In this document: in pieces, positions 46,893 through 56,472 of the stretch | Layout of the letters: each line of letters opens with the position of its first letter | Position numbering within the stretch: position 1 is the stretch's first letter | NCBI GenBank assembly: GCA_001768235.1 | Contig: MENK01000024.1 | Span: 84,468-148,467, forward strand | Direction of reading: 5' to 3' | DNA: 64,000 nucleotides | Source of the DNA: Bacteroidetes bacterium GWB2_32_14 | GTDB lineage: Bacteria; Bacteroidota; Bacteroidia; Bacteroidales; UBA12077 | The notes under the pieces: generated by a model | Databases searched by the model: none | Told to the model about the DNA's origin: nothing | What the model saw: the letters and a program-made list of their open reading frames with translations, nothing else | Translations under genes and position numbers: made by a program

Positions 46893-48029
46893 CTATTCTC
46901 TCCAAACAGTTTTTTTTACATAATCTATATAAGAAATAATTATCCGAACAACTTTATCCGAGACATTCGGCATAGAATAATCTGATACTGGAAGAAAATT
47001 TCTATTTTCCCTGGTATCTTGATACTTTAATTGTTCCAATCCCTGAAGAATACGTTCCGGGTTTAAACCAACCATCATAACTGAAGCCTGCTCCATGGCT
47101 TCAGGCCTCTCGTGGGCTTCGCGAATATTTAGAGCTCTAAAATTTAATATTGATGATTCTTCTGAAATAGTTCCACTATCTGAAAGGACTGCAAATGAGT
47201 TTATTTGAAGTGCATTGTAATCATTAAAACCAAGTGGTTTTAAGAACTGGATTTCACTGTTTACTTTTATATTTTTTAACTCAATCATTTTTCGTGTTCG
47301 GGGATGAGTGCTAACAATTATTGGAAGTCTGTACTTTTCAGCAATTGTATTAAGAGAGTTTATTAAGCCATTAAAGTTCTTGTCGCTATTAATATTTTCT
47401 TCACGATGGGCAGAAACAACAAAGTATTTTTCTTTTTTTAAACCTAACCGGGATAACACATCCGATTTTTTAATATCCGGGAGATAATGATTCAGGACTT
47501 CAAACATGGGTGACCCTGTTTTAATTATTCTGTCAGCAGGAAGGCCTTCTCTTAATAAGTATTCACGAGCGATATCACTATAAGTTAAATTAATATCAGA
47601 TATATGATCTACGATTTTTCTGTTTGTTTCTTCAGGAACTCTTTGGTCAAAACAACGATTTCCGGCTTCCATGTGAAAAATTGGAATATGGCGTTTCTTT
47701 GCAGGAATTGCACAAAGACAACTATTTGTATCACCTAAAACTAAAAAGGCATCAGGATTTAATTTGTCTAAAATGGAGTCTGTCTTGATAAGAATCTGTC
47801 CAATAGTTTCAATAGCAGTAGAACCTGCTGCATCTAAAAAATAATCTGGTTTACGTATTTTTAAATCGTCGTAGAATATCTGGTTCAATTCATAATCGTA
47901 ATTCTGGCCTGTATGAATAGTTATATGCTCAATAGCATCTGACTGGTCTAACTTGGCCATTACACGAGAAAGCCTGATTATTTCAGGCCTGGTGCCAACA
48001 ACTGTAACTACTCTTAACTTTTGTTTCAT
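46893..48029 (-). CDS. fnlC: Non-hydrolysing UDP-sugar 2-epimerase (FnlC/CapG type; WecB family)
   Basis: VVTVVGTRPEIIRL, LVLGDTNS and HMEAGNR are WecB-family motifs. It is the last of a CapE/CapF/CapG-like trio. Confidence 0.8.
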   Translation of the reverse strand: MKQKLRVVTVVGTRPEIIRLSRVMAKLDQSDAIEHITIHTGQNYDYELNQIFYDDLKIRKPDYFLDAAGSTAIETIGQILIKTDSILDKLNPDAFLVLGDTNSCLCAIPAKKRHIPIFHMEAGNRCFDQRVPEETNRKIVDHISDINLTYSDIAREYLLREGLPADRIIKTGSPMFEVLNHYLPDIKKSDVLSRLGLKKEKYFVVSAHREENINSDKNFNGLINSLNTIAEKYRLPIIVSTHPRTRKMIELKNIKVNSEIQFLKPLGFNDYNALQINSFAVLSDSGTISEESSILNFRALNIREAHERPEAMEQASVMMVGLNPERILQGLEQLKYQDTRENRNFLPVSDYSMPNVSDKVVRIIISYIDYVKKTVWRE

Positions 48030-48056
48030 GATTGATTCTATTAATTCGGAAAAAGA

Positions 48057-49193
48057 TTAAACAAGTTCAAAAAATGTATCCGGATCAGCTTGATCAAAGT
48101 GTTCACTTATCCAGAAAATGGTATATACTTCGTCTGCTCCAACATTTGTTATATTATGTGTAAACCAAACGGGCATATCAACAAATGAAGGTTTGCTTCC
48201 ATCTAGTTCAAAGATAAATTTTTCTTTAGTTCCAATTCTTCTCATCTCAATTATTGCCTTTCCTTTTATAACGGCAAACCGTTCAGCTTTTCTGGTATGA
48301 AAGTGATTTCCTCTTGTTATGCCTGGTTTTGTGGTTGAAAAAGAAACCTGTCCTCCACTGTTTAATTTAATAGTTTCAACAAAAGTTCCTCTGTCGTCGG
48401 TGTTTAGTTTTAGCAGAAAAGGGAAGAATGATTTATGATCAATATATGTTAAAAACGTGTTATACAGATTTCTTTCAAACGAGTTTGAAAGGTCGGGTAA
48501 CGTTCCTTTTTCAAAATAATTATCTTTAAAACTTCTGAGTTTTTGTAAAAGATCAGAAACTTTTATAGTTGATGTATGCGAAATAGAATAGTTTTCAACA
48601 AATGATTTATTTAAATCGGCATTTTTCTTATCAATCTTTTTGAGAATCTCTGAAACAAGTTCGCCAACATAAATTAATTTTAATTCACCATCAATATCAA
48701 TTTTGGGAGTTTCGTTATGAGTAAGCTGATGGCAGAAAGTTGCAACTACCGAATTATAATAAGGATGGCCAAAAGGGCCAAAAACATTTGGGATTATAAG
48801 CCCTGTAAAATTGGATGAAGTTGATAAGGCCCATTTTTCGATTAACTGACGTCCCTCTTTCTTTGATCGTCCATACATGTTATCTTTATCTTCCTGTGTT
48901 GATGAAGAAAAAAGGATATGCGGCCGTGAATGAGTTATTTCACAAGCATCAATAAGTTTTTTAACCAAACTGATATTTGTGTTGTATATTATTTCAGGAT
49001 CATGATGCCTGTTCATTGCGGCCAGGTGAACAACCACGTCGCAGCCTGAAACAAAATCCTGTAGTTTTTGATTGTCAGAGAAAAACGAATCTTCAAAAGG
49101 AACTCTTGAATACTTGCCTGGGTTTAAACCAAGTGTATTATACAAATGTGTTCCTACAAAACCTGCCTGTCCGGTTATTCCAACTTTTATCAT
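48057..49193 (-). CDS. fnlB: UDP-2-acetamido-2,6-dideoxy-hexose reductase/epimerase (FnlB/CapF type: SDR domain plus C-terminal cupin)
   Basis: N-terminal Rossmann motif ITGQAGFVG, about 370 aa in total, and a cupin-like C-terminal third (RGNHFH...HNITNVG). It lies between the FnlA-like and FnlC-like genes. Confidence 0.75.
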   Translation of the reverse strand: MIKVGITGQAGFVGTHLYNTLGLNPGKYSRVPFEDSFFSDNQKLQDFVSGCDVVVHLAAMNRHHDPEIIYNTNISLVKKLIDACEITHSRPHILFSSSTQEDKDNMYGRSKKEGRQLIEKWALSTSSNFTGLIIPNVFGPFGHPYYNSVVATFCHQLTHNETPKIDIDGELKLIYVGELVSEILKKIDKKNADLNKSFVENYSISHTSTIKVSDLLQKLRSFKDNYFEKGTLPDLSNSFERNLYNTFLTYIDHKSFFPFLLKLNTDDRGTFVETIKLNSGGQVSFSTTKPGITRGNHFHTRKAERFAVIKGKAIIEMRRIGTKEKFIFELDGSKPSFVDMPVWFTHNITNVGADEVYTIFWISEHFDQADPDTFFELV

Positions 49194-49206
49194 ACTATTT
49201 TTATAA

Positions 49207-50244
49207 CTAATCCGAAAAATGATTATCAGGTGCTTCTCCTAAAATGTCTTTTCTAATTACCGGAAGTTTTAGTAGTAACTTTTTCATACCTTCATTATCT
49301 AGTAGTTCGGTATTATGAGAATGGTATTCTTCAAACTTGGAAACATCGGGTATTCCCTCGGAAAAATATTGAGCATAATTTAAATCCCTATTGTCTGCGG
49401 GGATTCGAAAATAATTTTCAAGATCTTCAGCCTTAACCATATCTTCCCTGTTTACCAATGTCTCATATAACTTTTCTCCATGCCGGGTGCCAATAATTTT
49501 TATTTTACTATTTGATTTATATAAATCGATTAATGCTTTTGCAAGAGTTTCGATTGTTGCAGCCGGGGCTTTTTGAACAAACAGATCGCCGGGCTTGCCA
49601 TGTTCAAATGCGTATAAAACCAAGTCAACAGCGTCGTCTAGTGTCATCATAAAACGGGTCATGTTTGGATCAGTTATGGTCAATGGTTTGTTATCCTTAA
49701 TCTGTTCTATAAATAAGGGTATAACAGAACCTCTTGATGCCATTACATTTCCATAACGAGTCCCGCAAAAAACCTGTTTGGCCGGATTATTATTCCTGGA
49801 TCTGGCAACCATCACTTTCTCCATTAATGCTTTAGACATTCCCATTGCATTTATAGGGTACGCTGCTTTATCAGTACTTAGAACCACAACTCTTTTTACC
49901 CCGGACAGTTCTGCAGCCTGAAGAACATTGTCAGTTCCGAGAATATTCGTTTTAACAGCTTCAATTGGGAAAAATTCACATGAGGGTACTTGTTTCAAGG
50001 CTGCAGCATGGAATACAAAATCGACGTTATGAATTGCCCTGTGAATACTGTTAGCGTCTCTTACATCACCAATATAAAATTTGAGCTTAGAGTTATTGTA
50101 ATAACGACGCATGTCATCCTGTTTTTTCTCATCACGGGAAAAAATGCGAATCTCCTGTATTCCTGTATTTAGAAATCTTTTTAAAACAGCATTACCAAAT
50201 GAACCTGTGCCACCTGTAATAAGTAAAGTTTGATTTTTAAACAT
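49207..50244 (-). CDS. fnlA: UDP-GlcNAc 4,6-dehydratase/5-epimerase (FnlA/CapE/WbjB type)
   Basis: LLITGGTGSFGNAV, EIRIFSRDEKKQDDM, KLKFYIGDVRD, FHAAALKQVPSCEFFP and LSTDKAAYPINAMGMSKA. These are very close to S. aureus Cap5E as I remember it. Confidence 0.85.
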   Translation of the reverse strand: MFKNQTLLITGGTGSFGNAVLKRFLNTGIQEIRIFSRDEKKQDDMRRYYNNSKLKFYIGDVRDANSIHRAIHNVDFVFHAAALKQVPSCEFFPIEAVKTNILGTDNVLQAAELSGVKRVVVLSTDKAAYPINAMGMSKALMEKVMVARSRNNNPAKQVFCGTRYGNVMASRGSVIPLFIEQIKDNKPLTITDPNMTRFMMTLDDAVDLVLYAFEHGKPGDLFVQKAPAATIETLAKALIDLYKSNSKIKIIGTRHGEKLYETLVNREDMVKAEDLENYFRIPADNRDLNYAQYFSEGIPDVSKFEEYHSHNTELLDNEGMKKLLLKLPVIRKDILGEAPDNHFSD

Positions 50245-50427
50245 AATTCATGTTAAATATTATTTCTGCTTTTCTGGTTTTATGAATATTGTTTGAAATT
50301 TCTATAAAAATATTATAATATCATCAATAATTATAATATTTAAAAATGAGTTTTAAGAATGATAAAATTAAGTCAAAATTTAAATTTTACCAATATTTAT
50401 CAAAAAGCGAGAGTATTTAAAAAATCT

Positions 50428-51720
50428 TTAATTAAGCTCTTTTTCTTTTATTGTTAAAACAGGTACTAATAAACTATAGAAAAAAACAATAAATGAAGTA
50501 CCTGCAATTGTATTAAGCATATTTTCGAAAATTAAATTTATACTTACAATTAAAATTAAGAGAATTAGTAAGTAATATTTTACTTTAATTGCAAGATATA
50601 TTGGATAAAACATCCATAATAATAAACTGACTAATCCAATTGTTCCCAATTTTACAGCTACATCTAAATACTGATTATGTGTATTGTAGTTATGTTCGTC
50701 TGCAATTTTTAAATTATATTCGTTGAATTTTTTATCTAATGATAAGTCAATATCACCAGTTCCAATACCATAAATCAAATTGTTTTTATAAATTCCTAAA
50801 CCTGATTTCCAAAGCCAAAGCCGAATATCCGATTTTTCATTTAAATGAACATTTTTATGTAAAATTTTATATGTTTCTTTAAAATTTCTATTTAATTGTT
50901 TATTCGATAATAGAATAACTGCAGCAATTCCAATTGCGATTATACCAGCAAATAATACAAGGTATTTTTTATACTTTTTAATTAAATATAAAATTAAACC
51001 TATTAATAAAATAAAATAAATTAAATAAGCAGCCCTACTAGCTAATAACCAAATATAAACTGAAAAATAAATAATTAATGAAAAATTTATCCATGTTTTC
51101 TGTTTATTAATTTTTATAAAATAAATAAGAATAACTATTGAAAAAGTAATATACATTGAATAGTATGAAGGGTGATGAATAAAACTCAAATATGAATATG
51201 AAAAATGACTGTACCTTAGGTTAATCATCTTAAATATTCCAACATTTTTAGTATCAGACCAAACTGATGGTTCAAAAATTAAATTACCTAAGTCATTATA
51301 TACTAAACTATTTTTAAGTGCAAAAAATAAACACACTAAGCTTATAATAAAATTAGATATAACAAATAATTGTAAAATTTGATTTTGTTTTTGAATTACT
51401 TTCTGAGATATAAATAGTGTAATTAACGGAATAAATACAATTGATAATTTTACTTCTAGGTCGAAAAAACCTGATTTTAAATTATTTGTATATAATAATC
51501 CAATAATATGTAAAATAAAATATAAAAAAGGAAAAAGTAAGATTAATAAATTTTTATAATTACTTAAATTTATTTTTTTTATTTGTATTAAACCCGATAA
51601 AACCCATAAAGACATTACTAAGGGTAAGTATTTTTTTGTAACTGGTAAAAATATTGCTACCAGAATAAATACATAAAATTGAAAATTATTTTTTAAAAAA
51701 TCGATTATTGATTTAGTCAT
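50428..51720 (-). CDS. wzy: O-antigen polymerase/ligase family membrane protein (Wzy_C domain)
   Basis: About 10-12 TM segments, with NTHNQYLDVAVKLGTIGL matching the Wzy_C HNxxL..xxE/KxGxxG signature. Confidence 0.7.
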   Translation of the reverse strand: MTKSIIDFLKNNFQFYVFILVAIFLPVTKKYLPLVMSLWVLSGLIQIKKINLSNYKNLLILLFPFLYFILHIIGLLYTNNLKSGFFDLEVKLSIVFIPLITLFISQKVIQKQNQILQLFVISNFIISLVCLFFALKNSLVYNDLGNLIFEPSVWSDTKNVGIFKMINLRYSHFSYSYLSFIHHPSYYSMYITFSIVILIYFIKINKQKTWINFSLIIYFSVYIWLLASRAAYLIYFILLIGLILYLIKKYKKYLVLFAGIIAIGIAAVILLSNKQLNRNFKETYKILHKNVHLNEKSDIRLWLWKSGLGIYKNNLIYGIGTGDIDLSLDKKFNEYNLKIADEHNYNTHNQYLDVAVKLGTIGLVSLLLWMFYPIYLAIKVKYYLLILLILIVSINLIFENMLNTIAGTSFIVFFYSLLVPVLTIKEKELN

Positions 51721-51725
51721 AAACT

Positions 51726-52721
51726 TTACTTTAATACTAGTTTAATCATTCTTAAAATTCCAATTAACGAACCAATACCATATGAAAAATGTAAAATAAA
51801 AAATGCAAATATAATATTATGGTAATTTGAATTTCTTATTTTTTTAAACAATATAATATTTGATATAAATATTATATAAATAATCAATAATCCTATACTA
51901 AAAAAAAATAATGGGAAATAATACAGAGAAAAAACTAAAGGTAATAATATTGACAAAACAAATCCTAAAGGAACGAAATGTCTAAATGATAATGAATTAA
52001 TTTTTTTTGTATAATAAACTGTTAAAATATTCCATAGTCCATTTTGAAAATTATTTTTTGCAAATTCTCTAAATGTACTTCTTGCATAATAAATTGCAGA
52101 AACATCAGGAACAATGAATATCGTTCCACCGCTTTTTTTTATTCTTAAATTAAATTCTATATCTTGATTTCTAATAAGATATTGATTAAACTTACCATAT
52201 TTATCAAAAACACTTCTATGATAACATCCAAAAGCTACGGTATCAACTTCAAAAACATTTTCAACACCTGTACGAAAAATAGCATTGCCTACTCCCCATT
52301 TATTCGATAACACAAATTGAATAGCATTTGCTGTTTTGGTTTTTTTTAGTGTTTTTGTTTTTAATACTCCTCCAACACAATCAGCATTAAGCTTATTTGC
52401 CCATTCAACTAATTTAAAAAAATAATCTTCTGGATATTCAGCATGTGCACTAACAATAAAAATGTATTCCCCAGTTGAATTTTCTATACCTAGATTTAAA
52501 GCATAAGGAGTAGTTTTACTATAATTAGTAATTAGTTTAATATTTTCATTATTTTTTGATAAATTATTTACAATTTCAATTGTACTATCATCACTTAATC
52601 CATCAACAATAATGATTTCTATTTTATCTTTGGGATATAACCCATTAATAATAGAATTTATGCAAGTAAATAAGTACTTCTCTTCGTTCCTGGTTGGTAT
52701 TATAATTGAAATATTATTCAT
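51726..52721 (-). CDS. Family 2 glycosyltransferase with a C-terminal membrane anchor
   Basis: SIIIPTRNEEKYL, VDGLSDD (DxD region) and the GT-A layout. Confidence 0.85.
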   Translation of the reverse strand: MNNISIIIPTRNEEKYLFTCINSIINGLYPKDKIEIIIVDGLSDDSTIEIVNNLSKNNENIKLITNYSKTTPYALNLGIENSTGEYIFIVSAHAEYPEDYFFKLVEWANKLNADCVGGVLKTKTLKKTKTANAIQFVLSNKWGVGNAIFRTGVENVFEVDTVAFGCYHRSVFDKYGKFNQYLIRNQDIEFNLRIKKSGGTIFIVPDVSAIYYARSTFREFAKNNFQNGLWNILTVYYTKKINSLSFRHFVPLGFVLSILLPLVFSLYYFPLFFFSIGLLIIYIIFISNIILFKKIRNSNYHNIIFAFFILHFSYGIGSLIGILRMIKLVLK

Positions 52722-53824
52722 TTAATAATCATAAACTTATTATAAATATTTAATAATTTTTCAGACTCGACTTCCCAATTATATTTCTCAATTACTGCTT
52801 TTCTTCCATTTTCACCCATTTTTAAAGCTTGATCAGGGTTGTTTATTAAAAACTGTATAGCCGTAGAAATTTCATCTGGATTTGTGGGATTAACACAAAT
52901 ACCACAATTATTATTATGAATTATCTCTTTCCATAACGGGAAATCTGAAGCAATAACCGGAACTCCAGCACTCATATACTCAAACATCTTATTAGGTTGA
53001 GAATTTATATGATTTGGTAAAGGTAAAAAAGTAACAATGCCAGCAATTGAAGATACCAAACTCTCATTCACATATTCTCTCGAATTGTAACCAACATAAT
53101 CGACATTTTGCCATCCTTTTTGATTTTTTAATTCATTATAATAATCATTTGATGAAAAATTCCCAATTAATAAAAGTCTAATTTCTACTTTTTCTAATGC
53201 TTTAACGATATATCCTATTCCCCTTTGTTGGTTTATTATTCCTGTATAACAAAGTTGTTTTTGTTTTTGATGTTTTTTATTATTTAAATTAATTATTTCT
53301 GATAGTTGAGGGTAGTTATTAAGGGTAATAGTATTTTTATTAATTAAAATAAATCTATTATAAATATTATTTGTAGCAGTTAATAATACATCAAACTTTT
53401 TAGAAAAAATATTTTCAAACTTTTCAAAGAAGTAAGAAATAATTATTCTTAAATATTTGTTTCCCCAATCTCTACCTATGATTGCTCTAGGGTTGTCTTC
53501 ATGAATATCATATATAATTATTTTTCCCTTTCTTTTCAATAAAAAACCAACAATAAGTAGCTCAGGATCATGAAAATGATATATATCTGCATTAATTATT
53601 TTAGCTTTCTTATAAAATATAAAGGGTAAATAAAAAAACCTTTTTAATAGATTGTTTGTACTAAACTTTAAAAGTTCATATTTAATTTTAGGCTCAATAG
53701 ATTTCCAAGAAATTGATCCTAAAATTTGAATATCAAAACCATATTTATTTAAAGTAAGGCACTCTTTATGATAAATCCTAACATCATCTATTGGATGTGC
53801 CGAAGTAATATGGCATATTTTCAT
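52718..53824 (-). CDS. Family 4 (GT-B) glycosyltransferase
   Basis: A C-terminal EYMSAGVPVIASD resembling the E-x7-E region, with the GT1/GT4 fold layout. There is a 4-nt overlap with the downstream GT2 gene. Confidence 0.85.
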   Translation of the reverse strand: MKICHITSAHPIDDVRIYHKECLTLNKYGFDIQILGSISWKSIEPKIKYELLKFSTNNLLKRFFYLPFIFYKKAKIINADIYHFHDPELLIVGFLLKRKGKIIIYDIHEDNPRAIIGRDWGNKYLRIIISYFFEKFENIFSKKFDVLLTATNNIYNRFILINKNTITLNNYPQLSEIINLNNKKHQKQKQLCYTGIINQQRGIGYIVKALEKVEIRLLLIGNFSSNDYYNELKNQKGWQNVDYVGYNSREYVNESLVSSIAGIVTFLPLPNHINSQPNKMFEYMSAGVPVIASDFPLWKEIIHNNNCGICVNPTNPDEISTAIQFLINNPDQALKMGENGRKAVIEKYNWEVESEKLLNIYNKFMIIK

Positions 53825-53827
53825 TAA

Positions 53828-55096
53828 TTAATCTTTTAAAGATTTATCGTACTGATTAACTACAAAATATATAAATATAAAATAAATAATATAGCATATC
53901 AACTCAATACCAACAAGTATTTTAAGAAAAACAAGTATATCTATGTTTTTGAAAAGAAATAATACAGATAAAAAACAAAAATAAAATATTTGCCATAAGG
54001 CTCCAATTTTTATTTTTTCGAGTGCTGGAAAAACTGAAGCTAAAGGTGAGACAATAAATTTTATTCCATACGAAAAAACCAATATTCTTGTATAAACACC
54101 CGAAATGGTATATTGCTTTCCAAATAGTTGGAATATTTCGTTTGCAAATAGTTCAATAATAATTATTCCTATAAAAACCATTATCGAAAGATATCCAGCT
54201 GTTTTTAAAATATCTTTTTTTATCGGTTTATGATTATTTCTTTTTTCAGAAATATTTTGTAGCAGAACCTGCGATAAAGATATTGTTATTAATGCTAAAG
54301 GAGCAGCAAGAACCATCCTGCTTAAATCAAAATAGCCTACAATTGAATCAGAGTATAGTTTATTTACAATTAATACAGGCAAAACAAGACTAACAGAATT
54401 AAATAAATTTGGAATTGCATAGTATTTAGGAAAATCAATATATCTATTTAATTCACGTTTTATGTTACTAATATTAACATTCTTAATTTTTAATCCGAAT
54501 CGTATTGATTGTACAATACCTGCTATTAAATTTAGAAAGTTTCCAATAATATCACCTAATAAAATTCCGATTGAATTTTTTGTATATCCAACTCCAACTT
54601 GAGTTATTCCCTCGCCTGTTCTTCTTATTATTTTATTAACAGAACTTGCTTTAAAAGCTTTATTTTTAATTAACCAGTAATTTATTGCATCATAAGATGC
54701 GAATAAAAATACTGTAATAGGCATAAAATATAACCATTTAAAATATTTTTCAGGAAATTCAATTAATTCAGTCCAAATAGAAGGAATAAAAACTACTGTA
54801 AAAAAAATGCATACTGAAAATATTGAAATGATAAAGATTGTTCCAAAAAGCAGGTTTGTACTTTTATCCTTTTCATTTGGTAAAACAATCGCTTTGTTAT
54901 ATTGAAGAGGAACAATTGAAGCTAAAATACTTACTATACTATAATAAACTGCATACGCACCAAAATCATCGGGAGAATATAATCTACGTGTAATCAATTG
55001 AAAGACTATGGCTATAATCTGAGCTATTCCAACGCCTACAATTAGTATCAGAGTATTTTTTACAATTATTCTATTTCTAAATTGGTTAAGAAACAT
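53828..55096 (-). CDS. wzx: Wzx-type oligosaccharide flippase (MOP superfamily)
   Basis: 422 aa with about 12 TM segments, the N-terminal KNTLILIVGVGIAQII pattern typical of polysaccharide-biosynthesis (PST) flippases, and a suitable locus position. Confidence 0.75.
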   Translation of the reverse strand: MFLNQFRNRIIVKNTLILIVGVGIAQIIAIVFQLITRRLYSPDDFGAYAVYYSIVSILASIVPLQYNKAIVLPNEKDKSTNLLFGTIFIISIFSVCIFFTVVFIPSIWTELIEFPEKYFKWLYFMPITVFLFASYDAINYWLIKNKAFKASSVNKIIRRTGEGITQVGVGYTKNSIGILLGDIIGNFLNLIAGIVQSIRFGLKIKNVNISNIKRELNRYIDFPKYYAIPNLFNSVSLVLPVLIVNKLYSDSIVGYFDLSRMVLAAPLALITISLSQVLLQNISEKRNNHKPIKKDILKTAGYLSIMVFIGIIIIELFANEIFQLFGKQYTISGVYTRILVFSYGIKFIVSPLASVFPALEKIKIGALWQIFYFCFLSVLFLFKNIDILVFLKILVGIELICYIIYFIFIYFVVNQYDKSLKD

Positions 55097-55336
55097 GATT
55101 GTTTTCTTTTAAATCATACGTAAACGGAATAATTGATAAAATTGTAATTCCTTTTTTATAAAAAATTGAATAAAAAATTGTTTTTAATAAAACAGATAAG
55201 TAGAGATAATGCCAAATAATCAGAATCAAGACTTAAACGATAAATTTTTCTAAATAAAATTCCATTATTTATTATCGAAATTGAAATAACTATAACATTC
55301 CGATTAATTTTTTTACCAGTTAAAGAATTTATCATT

Positions 55337-56467
55337 TTAAAAAATATTATTTAAAACTTTGGAAATTCTTTCTTTATCAGAGTTAGTTAAATTACTCCCT
55401 GATGGTAAACATAATCCATTTTCGAATAATTTTTCGCTACAACCGCTCAAATAGGCAGGGTGTTTTTCAAAAACAGGTTGTAAATGCATAGGCTTCCAAA
55501 GTGGACGTGATTCAATGTTCTCACTTTCAAAAGCAAGTCGTAAAGTTTCACGTGAAATTCCATTAGTTACTTTTGGATCAATTAGTATTGTTGTTAGCCA
55601 GAAATTTGAATAAAATTTATTATCTGGTTCATCCAGAATAGTAACTCCTTTTATATTCTTAAATATTTCTTTATAAAACAAATGATTAGCTCTTCTCTGT
55701 TTTACTCGCTCATCAATAACTTCAAGTTGACCACGGCCAATGCCTGCAACAATATTACTCATCCTGTAATTATAACCTATGTGAGAATGTTGATAATGAG
55801 GTGCATTATCTCTTGCCTGAGTAGCTAGAAATCTCGATTTATTAATATATTCATCGTTATTAGAAATTAATGCACCACCACCTGAAGTAGTAATAATTTT
55901 ATTCCCATTAAATGATAGAATTCCCATTAAACTAAAAGTACCGCATGCTTTACCATTATACTTACTGCCTAATGCTTCAGCAGCATCTTCGATAACCGGT
56001 ATTTCATATTTATTTGCAATGTCAATAATTTTTTCAATTTGAGCAGGCATTCCATAAAGATGAACTACAATAATTGCTTTTGGTTTTTTCCCGGTTTTAA
56101 TTCTATCATTAATCGCTTTTTCAAGTAATCCGGGATCCATGTTCCAAGTATCCTTCTCGCTATCAATAAAAACTGGAATAGCTTTTTGATATACAATAGG
56201 ATTAACTGTTGCAGAGAAAGTAAAAGATGAAACAAGTACTTCATCTCCTTGTTCAACACCTAAAAGAATTAATGCTAAATGAATAGCAGCAGTTCCTGAG
56301 CTTAATGCTGCAACGTGATTAATATGTAAGTAGTTTTGTAATTCATTTTCAAAACCATTTACATTAGGTCCTAAAGGAGCAACCCAATTTTCATCGAATG
56401 CCTGATGTATATATTTTAATTCATTTCCACTCATATGTGGAGACGATAACCAAATCTTTTTATTCAT
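55337..56467 (-). CDS. DegT/DnrJ/EryC1/StrS family PLP-dependent sugar aminotransferase (PglE/WbpE-like)
   Basis: LSSGTAAIHLAL, DAAEALG and SFNGNKIITTSGGGAL (PLP Lys). Confidence 0.9.
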   Translation of the reverse strand: MNKKIWLSSPHMSGNELKYIHQAFDENWVAPLGPNVNGFENELQNYLHINHVAALSSGTAAIHLALILLGVEQGDEVLVSSFTFSATVNPIVYQKAIPVFIDSEKDTWNMDPGLLEKAINDRIKTGKKPKAIIVVHLYGMPAQIEKIIDIANKYEIPVIEDAAEALGSKYNGKACGTFSLMGILSFNGNKIITTSGGGALISNNDEYINKSRFLATQARDNAPHYQHSHIGYNYRMSNIVAGIGRGQLEVIDERVKQRRANHLFYKEIFKNIKGVTILDEPDNKFYSNFWLTTILIDPKVTNGISRETLRLAFESENIESRPLWKPMHLQPVFEKHPAYLSGCSEKLFENGLCLPSGSNLTNSDKERISKVLNNIF

Positions 56468-56472
56468 ACTTT

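Noticed and set aside
55156-55335. A 59-codon minus-strand ORF (MINSLTGKKINRNVIVISISIINNGILF...) in the 240-nt gap between the aminotransferase and wzx genes
   Set aside because: It is below the track threshold and has AT-driven composition with no motif. It could be a remnant of a membrane-protein gene, but I cannot support it.
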